Source: Podarcis muralis
Taxonomy: Eukaryota
Reading direction: 5' to 3'
NCBI RefSeq assembly: GCF_964188315.1
Contig: NC_135673.1
Coordinates: 20,088,001 to 20,152,000 of the forward strand
Length of the DNA: 64,000 nt
The notes below the pieces were generated by a model. That model was not told the origin of the DNA. It saw only the letters and a program-made list of their open reading frames with translations, and made no database searches. A program made the position numbers and the translations under genes. Positions within the stretch are counted from its first letter, which is position 1; each line of letters begins with the position of its first letter. Positions 23,001 through 34,559 of the stretch are shown one piece after another.

Positions 23001-26000
23001 TAATTTACAGGGTTGCTGTGAGGATAATATGAGCTGATCTTTGGCTCTGTGGTCTCAGGGCAACTGTTTGGCCAGAGAGATGGCTTGACCAAAGAACATG
23101 TGTCAAATCAGCCATCCCTTTGGAGGTCTTTTCCCATTGTGTTATCCTGGCAAATGTGTATTTTAAACCTCTGTTCTGAATTATGATGGAACTCACAGGT
23201 AGAGAAAACTTTTGTTTTATATATCTTTCCAGGAAGGATTGGAAAGGAAAGTGCCCAACAATCGCTATGTCACCAATGCAAAGCAAACCGGTTTCTTCAC
23301 TGTCTCCTCAGTATTCCCCACTCCTGCTTAACTCCTTTAAGGCTCTCAGGTCTTGATTAGCAGAATTGCACAGTTGGAAGGGACCCTGAGGGTTGTTTAG
23401 TGAAGTCCAACTAAATCTCAACTAAAGCATCCGTGACAGGGCCACCTGTGAGGTGGGTTAGGCCAAAAAGCAGTGGCTGGCCCCCAAACTTCCCCAATTG
23501 ACTTCATGGCTGAGGGGGGATTCGAAGTCTGATTTCCCAGGTCCTAGTCTTATTTAATCCCCACAACTGCCCTGTGAGGTACGTTAAGGTGACGGCAGTG
23601 ACTGGTCCCCATGATCACACCCGGTGCATTTTGTAGCCAAGTAGGGATTCAGACCTTGGTCTCCCAGGTCCTAGACCGAAACTCTAACCACCACATGACA
23701 CTGTCCCTTTTTTCAAGTTGGCCATCAGTCAGAAAAATAGTCACATTCTACTCACCCAGCATCAAGAAGCTGAAAATCCACTGGAGGACTGACAGGAGCT
23801 GGAGGCCAGCCAAGAAATCTCGTTTTGAAGGCCATGGCACAGCCAGCGGCACGCGGAGAGCAGCCTGGATGCTGGCATGGATCCCTGGAAAGGAAAAGGA
23901 CACCCAGACCAGGTTGCACTGACCTGTTTGCTCAGCTTTTCTCCACCCTCCCACCATTGGGAGACGCCCTCAGTGACTGGACCAATCCCCAGAAACATCT
24001 GGTGGATTCCACCCTTGAGAAAAGCAGGTTGCGCCATCCAGTGACATACAGACAACAGGAGCATGCAGGACAAAGGGCAGGAAAGGTCATGGGCAGAATC
24101 ACCCCTCTTTACCTAGGAAGGTAGCCAGCCAGCCAGCCAGCCAAAAACACTGCTTAAGCATGGCATTTCAGCAAACAGAGACACCTGGCATTTCTGTGTG
24201 CATCAGCAGCCAGCCAGCCAGCGACACGTATGCTGCTTAAGCATGGCATTTCAGCAAACAGAGACACGTGGCGTTTCTGTGTGCATCAGCATTCAATGCG
24301 AAAAGGATTTCAGGGGTCTTAGTAGACCACAAGCTTAAGGTGAGTCAACGGTGTGATGCAGCAGCAAAAATAGCTCATGCAAATCTCGGCTGCAACGATG
24401 GAGTTCTTGTGTCCAGCTCAAGGGAAGGAATAGTCGTACAATGATTGCCCATCTACAGAACTAAGCATACACTCTAATAGGGTCTGCCCCGAAGAATCCA
24501 ACTGTAGAGTTGGAAGGGGTCCCCAAGGGTTATCTAGTCCAATGCCTGCAATGCAGGAATCACAGCTAAGGAATCTCTGATAAACGAGCATTCAGGCTCT
24601 GGTTTTAAAAAAATCTAATGGAGTCCACCACCTTCCATAGTCATCTGTTCCACTGTCAAATGGCTCTTACCATCAGAAAATCATACCCAATGGAATCTCC
24701 TTTCTTGTTGTTCAGGTCTCCTTCACTGGTTTGGGTCCTACCTTCTGAAGCACCAGAAAACAAGCTTGCTCCATCTTTCTCAGTGTATCACTTAAGGTAT
24801 TTGAAGATGGCTATCATCAGTGCTATTTTACTAGAAAAAGAGGTGCTGGAATTCACCATGAACACCTCCCTTGTACTCTTAGAATGGCAACATTTGATAC
24901 CCACCTGAGAGTGGCTGGAACTGAGTTCCATCTGAAAAAAAGCCCTGGCTTTCATATATCCTCTCAGTCTCCTCTTTTCTAGGCTAAATAACCTAAACTC
25001 CCTCAACCGTTCATCCTAATGCTTGGTTTCCAGACCCTTTATTTTCTTGGTTGCCCTCCTCTGCATACCTTCTAGCTTGTCAATATTCTTCTTAAATTGT
25101 GGTGCCCAGAGCTGGATACATGACTGCCAGTGAGGGCTGCCCATTGCAGAATAGAGTTCCTTTAATTTAGACACACATCTTATGTTGATGCCACCTAGAT
25201 TTACATGGGGGATTTGCTATGTCACACTGTTGCTTCATGTTAAGCCTGAAGTCTACAGAGACTCTCAAATTGTTTTCAAGCCAGGTGTTCCCACATCCCA
25301 TAATTGTGCATCTGCTTATTGGTGCCTAAGTGTTGACTCTTTCCCTAGATTCTTGTATTGCCACATCCCAGCAGTGTGAAAACAATGATGAAGAAAAGGG
25401 TTGGCGACCCAAGAATAAGTTCACCCTGGCCCGCCACCTGCCCTTGGGATGGTGGGTGGGAGGGTGGTGTCCAACTCTGGCAGCCAGAACTAGTGGCATG
25501 ATATGAACTGATATTTGTTCAGACAGTTGGCAGGAGGATAAAGGTGGGAGTAAGGAAGGTCAGGGCAGATGACAGAGATGCAAACAGAATTTGCTTTGCA
25601 TAAAGGATCATAGAATTACAGAATTGTAGAGTTGGAAGGTCATCTAGTTTAACCCCCTGTAATGCAGAAATTGCTTTAAAAAATTAGAGTTGTAGAGCTG
25701 AAAGGGCTATAGGTACTTGAATTTCCTAGTAAAAGCCAGGTGCCATCTATGAATTGAATGAATCATACAATTGTAGAATTGTAGATTAAGCAGGGAACTG
25801 TTGTTAAGCTTGCATGGCATCAGGGACCCAGTTCTGATATTATGCTTTATCCTACAGTTTTAAGCCTAAGGGGAAGTGCAAGGGGGTAAAGTTGAAAGAC
25901 TCTGAGTATCGTGGGTTGAAGATATTATATGTATCATCCCATGGAAGGCTTATGATATTGAAGCTCTAATGCTTCCTAAAAATGAACAACATTGATCGTG

Positions 26001-29000
26001 TATTATAATATACTAACGTTACCATAAGATTGCATTTCTGGTTCTAAGGCTAAGTAGAGTTTTCATCTATCTCAATCAATACAACAATTAGGGGAGCCAA
26101 TTAAAACAAGTAGAGTATTTATCTTTGTCCCTTGGTGATTTGAGGGAGGGGGTATCATTCTTTGCAGAATCCCAGTGAATAATCCGACCAGTAAAACAAA
26201 GGTGCAGATCTTTTCTGTAAAATATTGGAATGAATTGGGTGAACTGTAAATGCTTCAGATGTGTCTTCGCACCAATATATTTTGCAAATGTCTTAAAAAA
26301 ACAAACCAGTTCCACAGAATTGCACATATCCAGCTTGATTTATATAAGAAAATGGCAACTGCAGAGAAGGGCTGAGGCACGCCATTCCCAGAGTGATTTA
26401 ACAGACAATTCCTCATTCCAGGGAATTATAGCTTTGGGACGAGGATAAAGGCCTCCTATAGCAACACTCAGAACTCTGGACAAACTACAGCTCCCAGGAT
26501 CCTCTGGTGAGAGGGTGTCTCGGGGGAAGCCTTAACTGTTTAGGCTGGTTATCTGCGAGGTGAGAAAAGTGGAAAGTGGAAACTTCTAGACTGCAAAGCA
26601 TGAGAAAAGGTATACCAACAACAAAAGAAAGGAAACGACACCTCCTGCCTCCAAAAATGAATGTTCCTATGCATATCCAATTAACTATACCTCCATCAGA
26701 AAATGGTACCAGGTGCTATTTTGACACACACATACACACACAAATGGAAGGAGAATGGCACTAACTAAGCTTCTGTCCTAAGCAGAGGAAAACTAAATGA
26801 TGCCATAGTTTTTGAGCAGTTATATTGGTGAAAGTGGCACAATTCAATATCTTCTCCCTGTTGATGACCTAAGGGCTCAGATCAACCAAGGCACAGAAAA
26901 CAATACCTCAGATCCGTACAAAATGCCAGGAGTAAAAAAGGACACCCTCAAACACTCACAACAGTGATGAACTCCCCTTTGAGATATTCACATGGATAAA
27001 TAAAAGGAATTTCAGTTGGCCGGAAAGAACATAAAGTGAAAGCCTTTGCAGATGACTTGGTGCTAACTATAGAAGAACCATTAAATAATGCCAAAGAAGT
27101 TATTAAAGAAACAGAACAATTTGGACAAGTAGCAGGTTTTAAATTAAACAAAAGCAAGACTAAAATATTAGTTAAAAATGTGAAACAAGACTTGGTTGCA
27201 GCAGGAAATTGGTATAGAAGTAGTTAAAAAAGTTAAGTATTTAGGAATTTGGTTAACCACAATGAACATAGATTTATTTCAAAATAACTGGAATGGAATT
27301 AAAAGAGACATGGAAATATGGGGAAGAATGAAATTATCATTTTGGGGAAGGATTTCAACTATAAAAATGAATGTGCTACCAAAGATGTTATTTTTATTTC
27401 AATCAATTCCTATAATCAAGGGGGCAGCAATTTTTAAAGAATGGCAAAAAGCAATTTCAAGATATGTCTGGCAGGGGAAGAAACTGAGAATACAATATAA
27501 GTTGTTAACAAATGTTAAAGAAAGAGGGGCTTCGCCCTGCCAGACTTGAAGTTGTACTATGAAGCAGTATGCCTCTGTTGGTTAAAGGAATGGATGCTGT
27601 TAAGAAATACAGATTTGTTGGATTTGGAAGGTTATGACAATAGATTTGGTTGGCACGCATATCTATGGTATAATAAAACAAAAATCCATAAAGGATTTGG
27701 TAATCACATATTTCGAAGATCTTTATATGAAGTATGGGACAGGTATAAAAACTTATTAGAACATAAAACACCGTGGTGGTTATCTCCATTAGAAGCTATG
27801 AGTGTGAAAAAGATAAATATGAGTAAAAATTGGGTTACCTATGAGAAATTGTTGGGGGGGAGGAAATAAATGGAATATGAAACCATATGAAGAGGTTAAA
27901 GAATATGTAAATGATTGGTTGCACTATCGCCAAGTCAATGAAATATATAAAGAGGATTTAAAGAAAAAAGGATTTGATGATAAAAAATCAAAATTTGAAA
28001 TAGAAATATTAAACAATGAATGTAAAGCAATGCCTAAAATGTATAAAATACTCTTGGAATGGCATTTGAAAGATGAGGAAGTGAAATCGGTAATGATACA
28101 TTTGGCAAAAGACTTTGGATATAATATACAGCTTGAAGAATGGGAAAGGTTGTGGAATGAAAGGATAAAATCTACAGCCTGTAATGCTTTGAAAGAGAAC
28201 ATGATGAAAATGATATATAGCTGGTATATTACACCAGTGAAATTAGCTAAAATGTATAAGACGTGGGTGGTGCTGTGGGTTAAACCACAGAGCCTAGGAC
28301 TTGCCGATCAGAAGGTTGGCGGTTCGAATCCCTGCGATGGGGTGAGCTTCCATCGCTTGGTCCCTGCTCCTGCCAACCTAGCAGTTCGAAAGCACATCAA
28401 AGTGCAAGTAGATAAATAGGTACCGCTCCGGCGGGAAGGTAAATGGCGTTTCCGTGCACTGCTCTGGTTCACCAGAAGCGGCTTAGTCATGCTGGCCACA
28501 TGACCTGGAAGCTGTACGCCGGCTCCTTCGGCCAATAAAGCGAGATGAGCGCCGCAACCCCAGAGTCGGCCACAACTGGACCTAACGGTCAGGGGTCCCT
28601 TTACCTTTACCTTATAAGACAAATAATAAATGTTGGAAATGTAAAGAAAAAGAAGGAACATTTTATCATATGTGGTGGGAATGTAAAAAAGTAAAGAACT
28701 TCTGGGAAATGATATATAATGAGATGAAAAAGATGTTGAAATATACATTTTTTAAAAAAACCAGAAGCATTTTTACTTGGTATTATAGGTCAGGACATTA
28801 ATAGGCAAGATGTTAAATTGTTTTTATATGCAACAACTGCGGCAAGAGTATTGTTAGCCCAGAAATGGAAACAAGAAGAAATTCCAACGAAAGAAGAATG
28901 GCAGACGAAATTAATGGACTACGCAGAATTGGACAAAATGACAGGAAGGATTCGAAACCTGCGGGACCAGAGATTTACAGAAGATTGGAAGAAGTATATG

Positions 29001-32000
29001 AATTATTTGAAGAGCAACTGTAATCAACAAATTACGCTAGTAGGACTACAAGAAGTTTTGTAAGGAGAAATATACAAAGTGTTAGAAAGTAGAAAAAGAT
29101 AGAGATATTGGTTATGAGTTTGAAATGTAATAGGGAAGATAAGAAATGCATACTGAGAGATTAGACTGGAAAATTTTCAGACAAGATTGATGGAAGTCAA
29201 AAATTTGAATAAGATGTAAAAGTATGTTTAATTACTGTTGAAAATGATATGTTAAAAAAACTAATAAAAATTATATATTATTATTTTTATATATATAGAG
29301 AGAGAGAGATTCACATGGATATTTTGATAGCCTCATATCACAGAATTATAGGGTTGGAAGTGCTCAAAATTGTCATCTGGTCCACCCCCTGCAACACAGA
29401 CATCACAGAGTCACTGACAGATGGCAAGCCAACCTCTGTTTTAAAAGTTCCAGTGGAAGAGAGTCCACCACTATCTGAGAGAGTCAGTTCTGCTGTTGAA
29501 CAGCTCTTACTCTCCTGGAGTTTTGGAGGCTGAAATTTGGTTCAAAGATGCCCTTCAATGGCTGATGCACTGGAGGCAGCCAGGGGGTTGATTCCTTGAA
29601 AAAAAGAGTGCTAATGAAAAGTCCACAGGAGACAAGTACTTGGGAGCAGCTCCCAGGCTCTGGAATGCTCAGCAGACCACAAGCCTCCAGCTTTGGAAAG
29701 AAAAGGACCTTCACAACCTCCTCAAAGAATGCTCCAGTCCAGAATTTCACAGAGCATATGGGAAGCGGATCCAGGATGTCCAAGCTCTCCCTGGCCTGCT
29801 CAATAAATATGCACTCCCTGCATTGCCCAGGACCGATGCAAAGGCCACATGGCTGCAGAAACCAAGTATCATTTGAGCATCCCCACCTTGACTCTACTGA
29901 GCCAAGTACTCTGACTCAGAGCTGCAGGTGAACAAGGTTGGCCACAGGTTAGGGCTGGGTCCAGGATCTGATCCCATCTAAGTGGTCATGGAGCAGGAGC
30001 AAAGCATCAAAGCACTGGAGCTTCTGCTAGGCTTGAGCCAGGTTGAGGACAGAAAGGGGGTGCCCAGAATGAGCAAGGGAGGTTCCGAGAAACTTGAACC
30101 TAGGCAGCTGGCTCAGGTGACGAGGCAGAAGCCCAGTTCTGCCCCCAAGTAGCAGAAGTTCTTGAGCCCAGGCAAGGGGGTGTCCAGTCAGAAAGTGAGA
30201 GGTAGCGCCAAGGTATCTGGGAGCCCAGAGACTGGGAGGCCTCATGTGGCATCATCAATCTTGCCAAGAGAATCTGAACATCACCAACTGGTATGGTTCT
30301 GAGTCCCAGATATTGCCGGGTGTTTTTCAACCTGTTTAGACCTGCTCCCTCAGGAGTCCAATGCACCCCTGAGTTTTCTTGCAATAAGATCTGGAAATTT
30401 TCAGATGGGGTCTCCCTTATCAGTAAGGGATTTTAATGCCTGTTTTCAAAAGGTGTTAAAAGCTCTGGTCATTTAAGCTTTGATTTCTGGTAACACTATG
30501 AAGTGGGTTACTGGAAGGTTGAATGGAGCGTGCTTGTTTTCTGCTGCTCCAGGGGATAGGACCCGAACTGATGGATTCCAGCTGCAAAGAAGAAGAGTCC
30601 AGCTCTGACAGTAAAAGCCATTTGACAGTGGAATGGACTCCCTCGAAAGCTTAACATGAGGCAACAGTGCGATCTAGCAGCGAAGAAAGCTAATGCCATA
30701 CTAGCCTGCATTAATGGAAGACTAGGGTCCAAATCAAGGGAAGTACTGCACTGGCCTGAATATAAGCCTCACTTTTCCCCCAAATTCCAACCGTGAAAAG
30801 TTAAAGTATGGCTTATATTCGCAACCTCACGGTATGCAGCCAGGAGCGCAGGGCAAACAGCGCCAGGAGTGTGGTGAAGCAGTGCCTGCCCCATGCGTAG
30901 TGCCCCATTCTCTCCAGAAGGAGCAAGGAAGGGAGTTGCTTATCTTTGTGGATTTTTTCTTTTTTCTCCTCCAATTTTTAAGGTCCTGCTTATATTTGGG
31001 TGTGGCTTATATTCGGGCCAATATGGTAATAGTCTTGCTCTATTCTGCCTTGGTCAGACCACACCTGGAATACTGTGTCCAATTCTGGACACCACAATTT
31101 AAGAAGGATATTGACAAGCTGAAACATGTGAATAGGTGGACAGCCAATATGATCAAGGGTCTGGAAACCAAGCCTTATGAAGAACAGTTAATGGAGTTGG
31201 CATGTTTAGCCTGGAAAAGAGGAGACAGAGAGGAGATATGATAGCCATCTTCAAATATCTAAAGGGCTGTCACATGGAGGATGGAGCAAACTTGTTTTCT
31301 CCTACTCTGAAAGGCAGGACCCAAACCAATGGATTCAAGTTACAAGAAAGGAAATTCCAACTAAACATCTAGAATAACTTTCTGACGGTAAGAGCTGTTG
31401 GACTCCCTTGGAAAGTGGTGGACTTTCCTTTATTGGAGAAATTTCAACAGAGATTGGATGGGCATCTGTCATGGATGCTTTAGCTGAGATTCCTGCATTG
31501 CAGGGGGTGGACTAAATAACTCTTGATGGTCCCTTCCAACTCTAAAAAAAACCTCTTATTCCATCTCACAAGCATGGCCAAGTTGTGACTTGCTGAAGGT
31601 CCCATCCCCGCTTCCCCACATCCTACCTGCAGGAGAGGGAAGTTTGCAGAATTTTAGCCCATCTGGTCTCTCAGAGCCCATCCTGTCCTACTGTGACTGA
31701 TAAGGAAAGTCTTTGGTCAAGGTCTTTCCCTCCTCTTGGCCTCGAGACTCCCACATCGGCATTTTATTTCCTCATGGCTAAAATATGGTGAAACATTAAC
31801 CACTGCCACAGATGTCACAGCCCAATATGGACTAAAATAATGAAGGAGGTTGCCAACCAATCCCCTCTTAGAGAAAAGTACTTAACTTAAAACTCAGGAG
31901 CTAAACAGGGTGGGAGGGAGGAATCATAGAATCCTGGAATTGTAGAGTTGGAAGAGATCCCGAGGGTATTCTAGTCCAATCCCCTGCATTGCAGGAATCT

Positions 32001-33111
32001 CAAGTAAAGCATCCATACATAAAACCAACATCTGCTTTAAAACCTCCTAGGAAGGAGAGTCCACTACCTCCCGACAATGTTCATTCCATGATCAAACAGC
32101 TCTTACCGTCAGAAAGTTCTTCTCGATGTTTAGTTGGAATCTCCTTTCTTGTCATTTGAATCCATCATTTCAGGTCCAACCCCCCCAGGGCAGCAGAAAA
32201 CAAGCTTGCTCCGTCTTCTGTGGGGCAACCCTTTCAATATCTTAGGTTGACTCACATATCACTTCTTAGTCTCCTCTTCTCCAAGCTAAACATGCCCAAC
32301 TCCTTCACTCATTCCTCACAAGGTTGGGTTTCCAGACTTTTTATCATTTTGGACACCCTCCTCTGCACATGTTCCACCTTGTCAATATTTCTCTTAAATG
32401 GTGGCACCCAGAACTGGACACAGTGCTCCAGGTGGGGTCTGACCAAGGCGGAATAAAGAAGTATTATGACTTCCCTTGATCTGGACACTAGACTTTTGTT
32501 GATACAGCCTAGAATAGCACCAGCTTATTTTTGTTCAGTTTGTGGTCTACAAAATCATTTTTGTACTTTCAAGTCTGGTGTCCCCAATCCTATGGATGTG
32601 CATCTGACTATTCCTGCCTAAGTGCAGACCCTTACACTAGTCCCTTTCATTCATCTGCAAGGTGCTGTGGCACTGAATGGAACAAATGCTCATCAAGAAG
32701 CCATCTGCTTGCAAGACAGAATAGATGGTTTCCTGAAATCAAGATAAATAACATCCACAGCATCTCTACAATATGTAAAGGTTGTCATCTGATTTCTTTT
32801 TTTAATGCAATTGTATTTTTGTTAAACTGGTTAGAAATACACTTCAATCTTCCCTGGGATCAATCCCAGATCACCAGATTCCATCCACAGACATTCCTAA
32901 AACCCTTGAGACACATTTTGTGCCCCCCAAATCAAAATGTGTTGCTCAGGAAACAGCCAGCTGTTGCACAATTACCATGAAAACACACATCACCCAATGA
33001 TTTTTTAAAAGGGACCTTTTTGGTAGACATATTTGCTATAGCTTTAAATCTTATGCTGGCTTTTTCCTTACCACTCTGGTTTTGGAAATATGCAGCAATG
33101 AGAGTCTTCAT
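10919..33111 (-). CDS. DGAT2-family acyltransferase (DGAT2L6/AWAT1-position paralogue), 8 exons, 361 aa: join(33072-33111, 23756-23884, 22268-22375, 20294-20364, 19342-19546, 17809-17983, 12468-12670, 10919-11073)
   Basis: Exons sum to 1086 nt in one open frame and all introns are GT-AG. Exons 2-8 are 129/108/71/205/175/203/155 nt, the sizes I recall for mammalian DGAT2. Motifs: [49 protein letters not shown]. Which paralogue it is remains unresolved. Confidence 0.9.
11569..11762 (-). mobile_element. tRNA(Ala-like)-derived SINE
   Basis: Minus strand ggctgtagctcagtggtagagc..ggttcaat (A/B boxes), followed by a non-tRNA body (ccagtcagtgtaggcaatcctgagc). A related copy is at 39963-40137. Confidence 0.75.
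12468..12670 (-). CDS. DGAT2-like exon 7
   Basis: ccag|G GCC CAT.. encodes [67 protein letters not shown], then gtgagt; 203 nt. Confidence 0.93.
12715..13140 (+). mobile_element. Probable L1-type 3' UTR fragment
   Basis: Strongly AC-rich. The end tctcaacaaatgaaactgatctgtaaaaatgttacttg..cacatactttttgtaaac recurs inverted at about 62530-62600, and an A-rich tail follows. Confidence 0.55.
13430..13862 (+). mobile_element. CR1 3' fragment (left part; continues at 17415-17490)
   Basis: CR1 3' motifs (tttagcctggag..gatagccatcttcaaatat..gaggttggattgctgtctg). They resume after the MITE as ccaggaattcttgcaactgtaactcttgcattt. Confidence 0.75.
13863..17414. mobile_element. hAT-type MITE (about 320 bp without the nested BovB)
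   Basis: TIRs cagtgccagattta / taaatttggccctg. Perfect 8-bp TSD GCTGTCTG (13855-13862 and 17415-17422). Confidence 0.85.
14040..17260 (-). mobile_element. Full-length BovB (RTE clade) LINE with a single premature stop
   Basis: APE endonuclease ([28 protein letters not shown]) and RT ([16 protein letters not shown]) are in one frame, split only by TGA at 15823-15821. BovB-type 5' UTR, (CAA)n tail and a perfect 11-bp TSD ATGGACCTATT (14029-14039, 17261-17271). Confidence 0.95.
17809..17983 (-). CDS. DGAT2-like exon 6
   Basis: ctttag|GT CTC TTC.. encodes [59 protein letters not shown], then gtgcgt; 175 nt. Confidence 0.93.
18125..19240 (-). mobile_element. CR1 3' fragment
   Basis: Reverse-strand CR1 RT C-terminus ([33 protein letters not shown]) with an (attctatg) tail. 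Interrupted by a MITE. Confidence 0.8.
18850..19055. mobile_element. hAT (Charlie-like) MITE nested in CR1
   Basis: TIRs cagagctttccaaa / tttggaaagttctg. Degenerate 8-bp TSD GTGTAGAC / GTTTAGAT. The CR1 sequence is contiguous across the site. Confidence 0.75.
19342..19546 (-). CDS. DGAT2-like exon 5 (catalytic HPHG)
   Basis: ttcag|CTG GTG AAG.. encodes [68 protein letters not shown], then gtgagt; 205 nt. Confidence 0.94.
19555..20222 (+). mobile_element. CR1 3' fragment
   Basis: [34 protein letters not shown], with a CR1 3' tail (ttccaagtctatggttctatgattct). Confidence 0.8.
20294..20364 (-). CDS. DGAT2-like exon 4
   Basis: ctgcag|GT GGG AGA.. encodes [24 protein letters not shown], then gtaagc; 71 nt. 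Confidence 0.93.
22268..22375 (-). CDS. DGAT2-like exon 3 (not in the ORF track)
   Basis: ctcag|GG ATG GTT.. encodes [36 protein letters not shown], then gtgagt; 108 nt. Confidence 0.92.
22775..22830. repeat. (TTCA)n microsatellite
   Basis: attcattcattcattcattcatt tract, visible directly. Confidence 0.85.
23756..23884 (-). CDS. DGAT2-like exon 2
   Basis: ttccag|GG ATC CAT.. encodes [43 protein letters not shown], then gtgagt; 129 nt. Confidence 0.9.
24123..24291. repeat. 83-bp tandem duplication with an (AGCC)n spacer
   Basis: ctgcttaagcatggcatttcagcaaacagagacac.tggc.tttctgtgtgcatcagca at 24150-24208 and 24233-24291. Confidence 0.9.
26980..29275 (+). mobile_element. 5'-truncated L1/Tx1-type LINE (ORF2 C-terminal half and 3' UTR), frameshifted
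   Basis: KVKAFADDL (RT), [18 protein letters not shown], and a CCHC knuckle [18 protein letters not shown] once the SINE is removed. A-rich, ending in aataaa. Confidence 0.85.
28263..28612 (+). mobile_element. Sauria SINE nested in L1
   Basis: Same body as 6946-7297, with an (accttt)n tail. Perfect 8-bp TSD TATAAGAC (28255-28262, 28613-28620). Confidence 0.92.
30640..31545 (+). mobile_element. CR1 3' fragment, interrupted by a MITE
   Basis: [28 protein letters not shown], with a CR1 3' end (cccttccaactcta). Confidence 0.8.
30746..31026. mobile_element. Tc1/mariner-type MITE nested in CR1
   Basis: TIRs ctgcactggcctgaatataagcc / ggcttatattcgggccaatatgg, with a TA duplication. Removing it restores CR1 aagggaagta-atagt. 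Confidence 0.8.
31920..32640 (-). mobile_element. CR1 3' fragment
   Basis: Reverse-strand CR1 3' motifs (gaatcatagaat..gagttggaag; ctcctcttctccaagctaaacatgccc; gaactggacacagtgctccagg). Confidence 0.75.
33072..33111 (-). CDS. DGAT2-like exon 1 (coding part)
   Basis: gccATG AAG ACT CTC ATT GCT GCA TAT.. encodes [13 protein letters not shown], then G|gtaagg. Phase 1 matches exon 2. Confidence 0.88.
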
Positions 33112-34317
33112 GGCGATCTCAGACACCCGGACACCCTTTTGCAACCTTTCTCAGACTTCGGTCTGGCGGGGTTTGCAAAGCAATGAACTCTGGAGTTGAG
33201 CTTTTGACCACGTTCAGGCTCCAGGACAGCTAACTAGGAGGAGGGGTGAGGCAGTGAACAAATCCTGATCCTGCTTCCTCTTTGGAAAAAAATAAATAGG
33301 TGAGGTAGGACAGGGAAACACAAAGGTACAGAGAACACAGGATGTAGAATAGGTAAATCAAAGATGACTTTTTTTGTAAAGGACGCAGTGAAAGTGTTTT
33401 AATTCCTTAAGGGTTACATCAAGAATTTAGCAGAAGATTCGCATGTAAAATGTAGTCCCTGGGATCTCCGTGGAGGAGGCTTAGAATAATAGAAATGTAG
33501 AGTTGGGATTGATCCCAAGGGTCATCTAGTCCAACCCCCTGCAATGCAGGAATCATAAATTTTTAAAAGGCAGCCAAGATCATCCCATTGTTGAATTCTT
33601 CTCCTCAAACCAAATTCCATGTTTCGGCTGAAATGCAAGAGAGAGGAAAGGAAAGAACAAACACCCATCTCTCCTGACAAATCTTAGGGCAGAAAGCCAT
33701 TCAACCCCTGATTAATTAATTGCTTGTGGCTTTTTAAGCAGAGGTTAGATGGGCATCTGTAAGATTGTTGAACATGATTCCTGGACTGGAGGGACTAGAT
33801 GATCCTTGGGGTCTCTTCCACCTCTACTATTCTATGGTTCTGCATTAGCGGAGATAAATGACTAGGATTGATGGGCTTTAACAAGGATGAGACAAATGTG
33901 TGGAAAACAATCTATGCCTCTTAACTGGAATGGAAGCTTTCTGCTTAGAAGTATTAAACATATCTCTCTTCTTACAATATAACAGAGATTTGACAGATCA
34001 TTGCTATCATATTGTTACACACCACCCCAATCTCCACAGCTGTGCAAGATTCCAGGGGTTACAGGCATTTATCCCAGGCTCATGTGTCCTGTGAAATGAG
34101 GCACAGCAGAGACAGTGGTGTCTTTATGATGTAAGCAACCCCCATTTTGCTTGGGGACTACTTTCTGGGTCATCATGTGTGTTGGCAGAGCGCACATAAG
34201 CCCACCCTGATCTGCTGTGCTCTCTTCTGGATCCAAAACTGGTCTATGCATGCATGTTCACGTACTGTGAAAGCACACAAAACAGGAGATTGCATGTTTA
34301 TAGTTTACTTACATATG

Positions 34318-34559
34318 CAGTGGTACCTCTGGTTACGTACTTAATTCATTCCGGAGATCCGTTCTTAACCTGAAACTGTTCTTAACCTGAAGCACCACTT
34401 TAGCTAATGGGGCATCCTGCTGCTGCTGCGCCGCCAGAGCATGATTTCTGTTCTCATCCTGAAGCAAAGTTCTTAACCCGAGGTACTATTTCTGGGTTAG
34501 CAGAGTCTGTAACCTGAAGTGTATGTAACCTGAAGCGTATGTAACCAGAGGTACCACTG
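34318..34559. mobile_element. Tc1/pogo (Tigger-like) MITE, 242 bp
   Basis: TIRs cagtggtacctc / gaggtaccactg, flanked by TG (mutated TA) and TA. Near-identical to 54852-55093. Confidence 0.88.

Noticed and set aside
22462-23286. ORFs of 98 and 93 aa as DGAT2-like exon 3
   Set aside because: The real 108-nt exon with DWNTP is at 22268-22375; these ORFs have no matching motif.
33130-33215. C/EBP-like and DR2-like motifs upstream of DGAT2-like exon 1
   Set aside because: Matches are degenerate and expected by chance; there is no conservation evidence.
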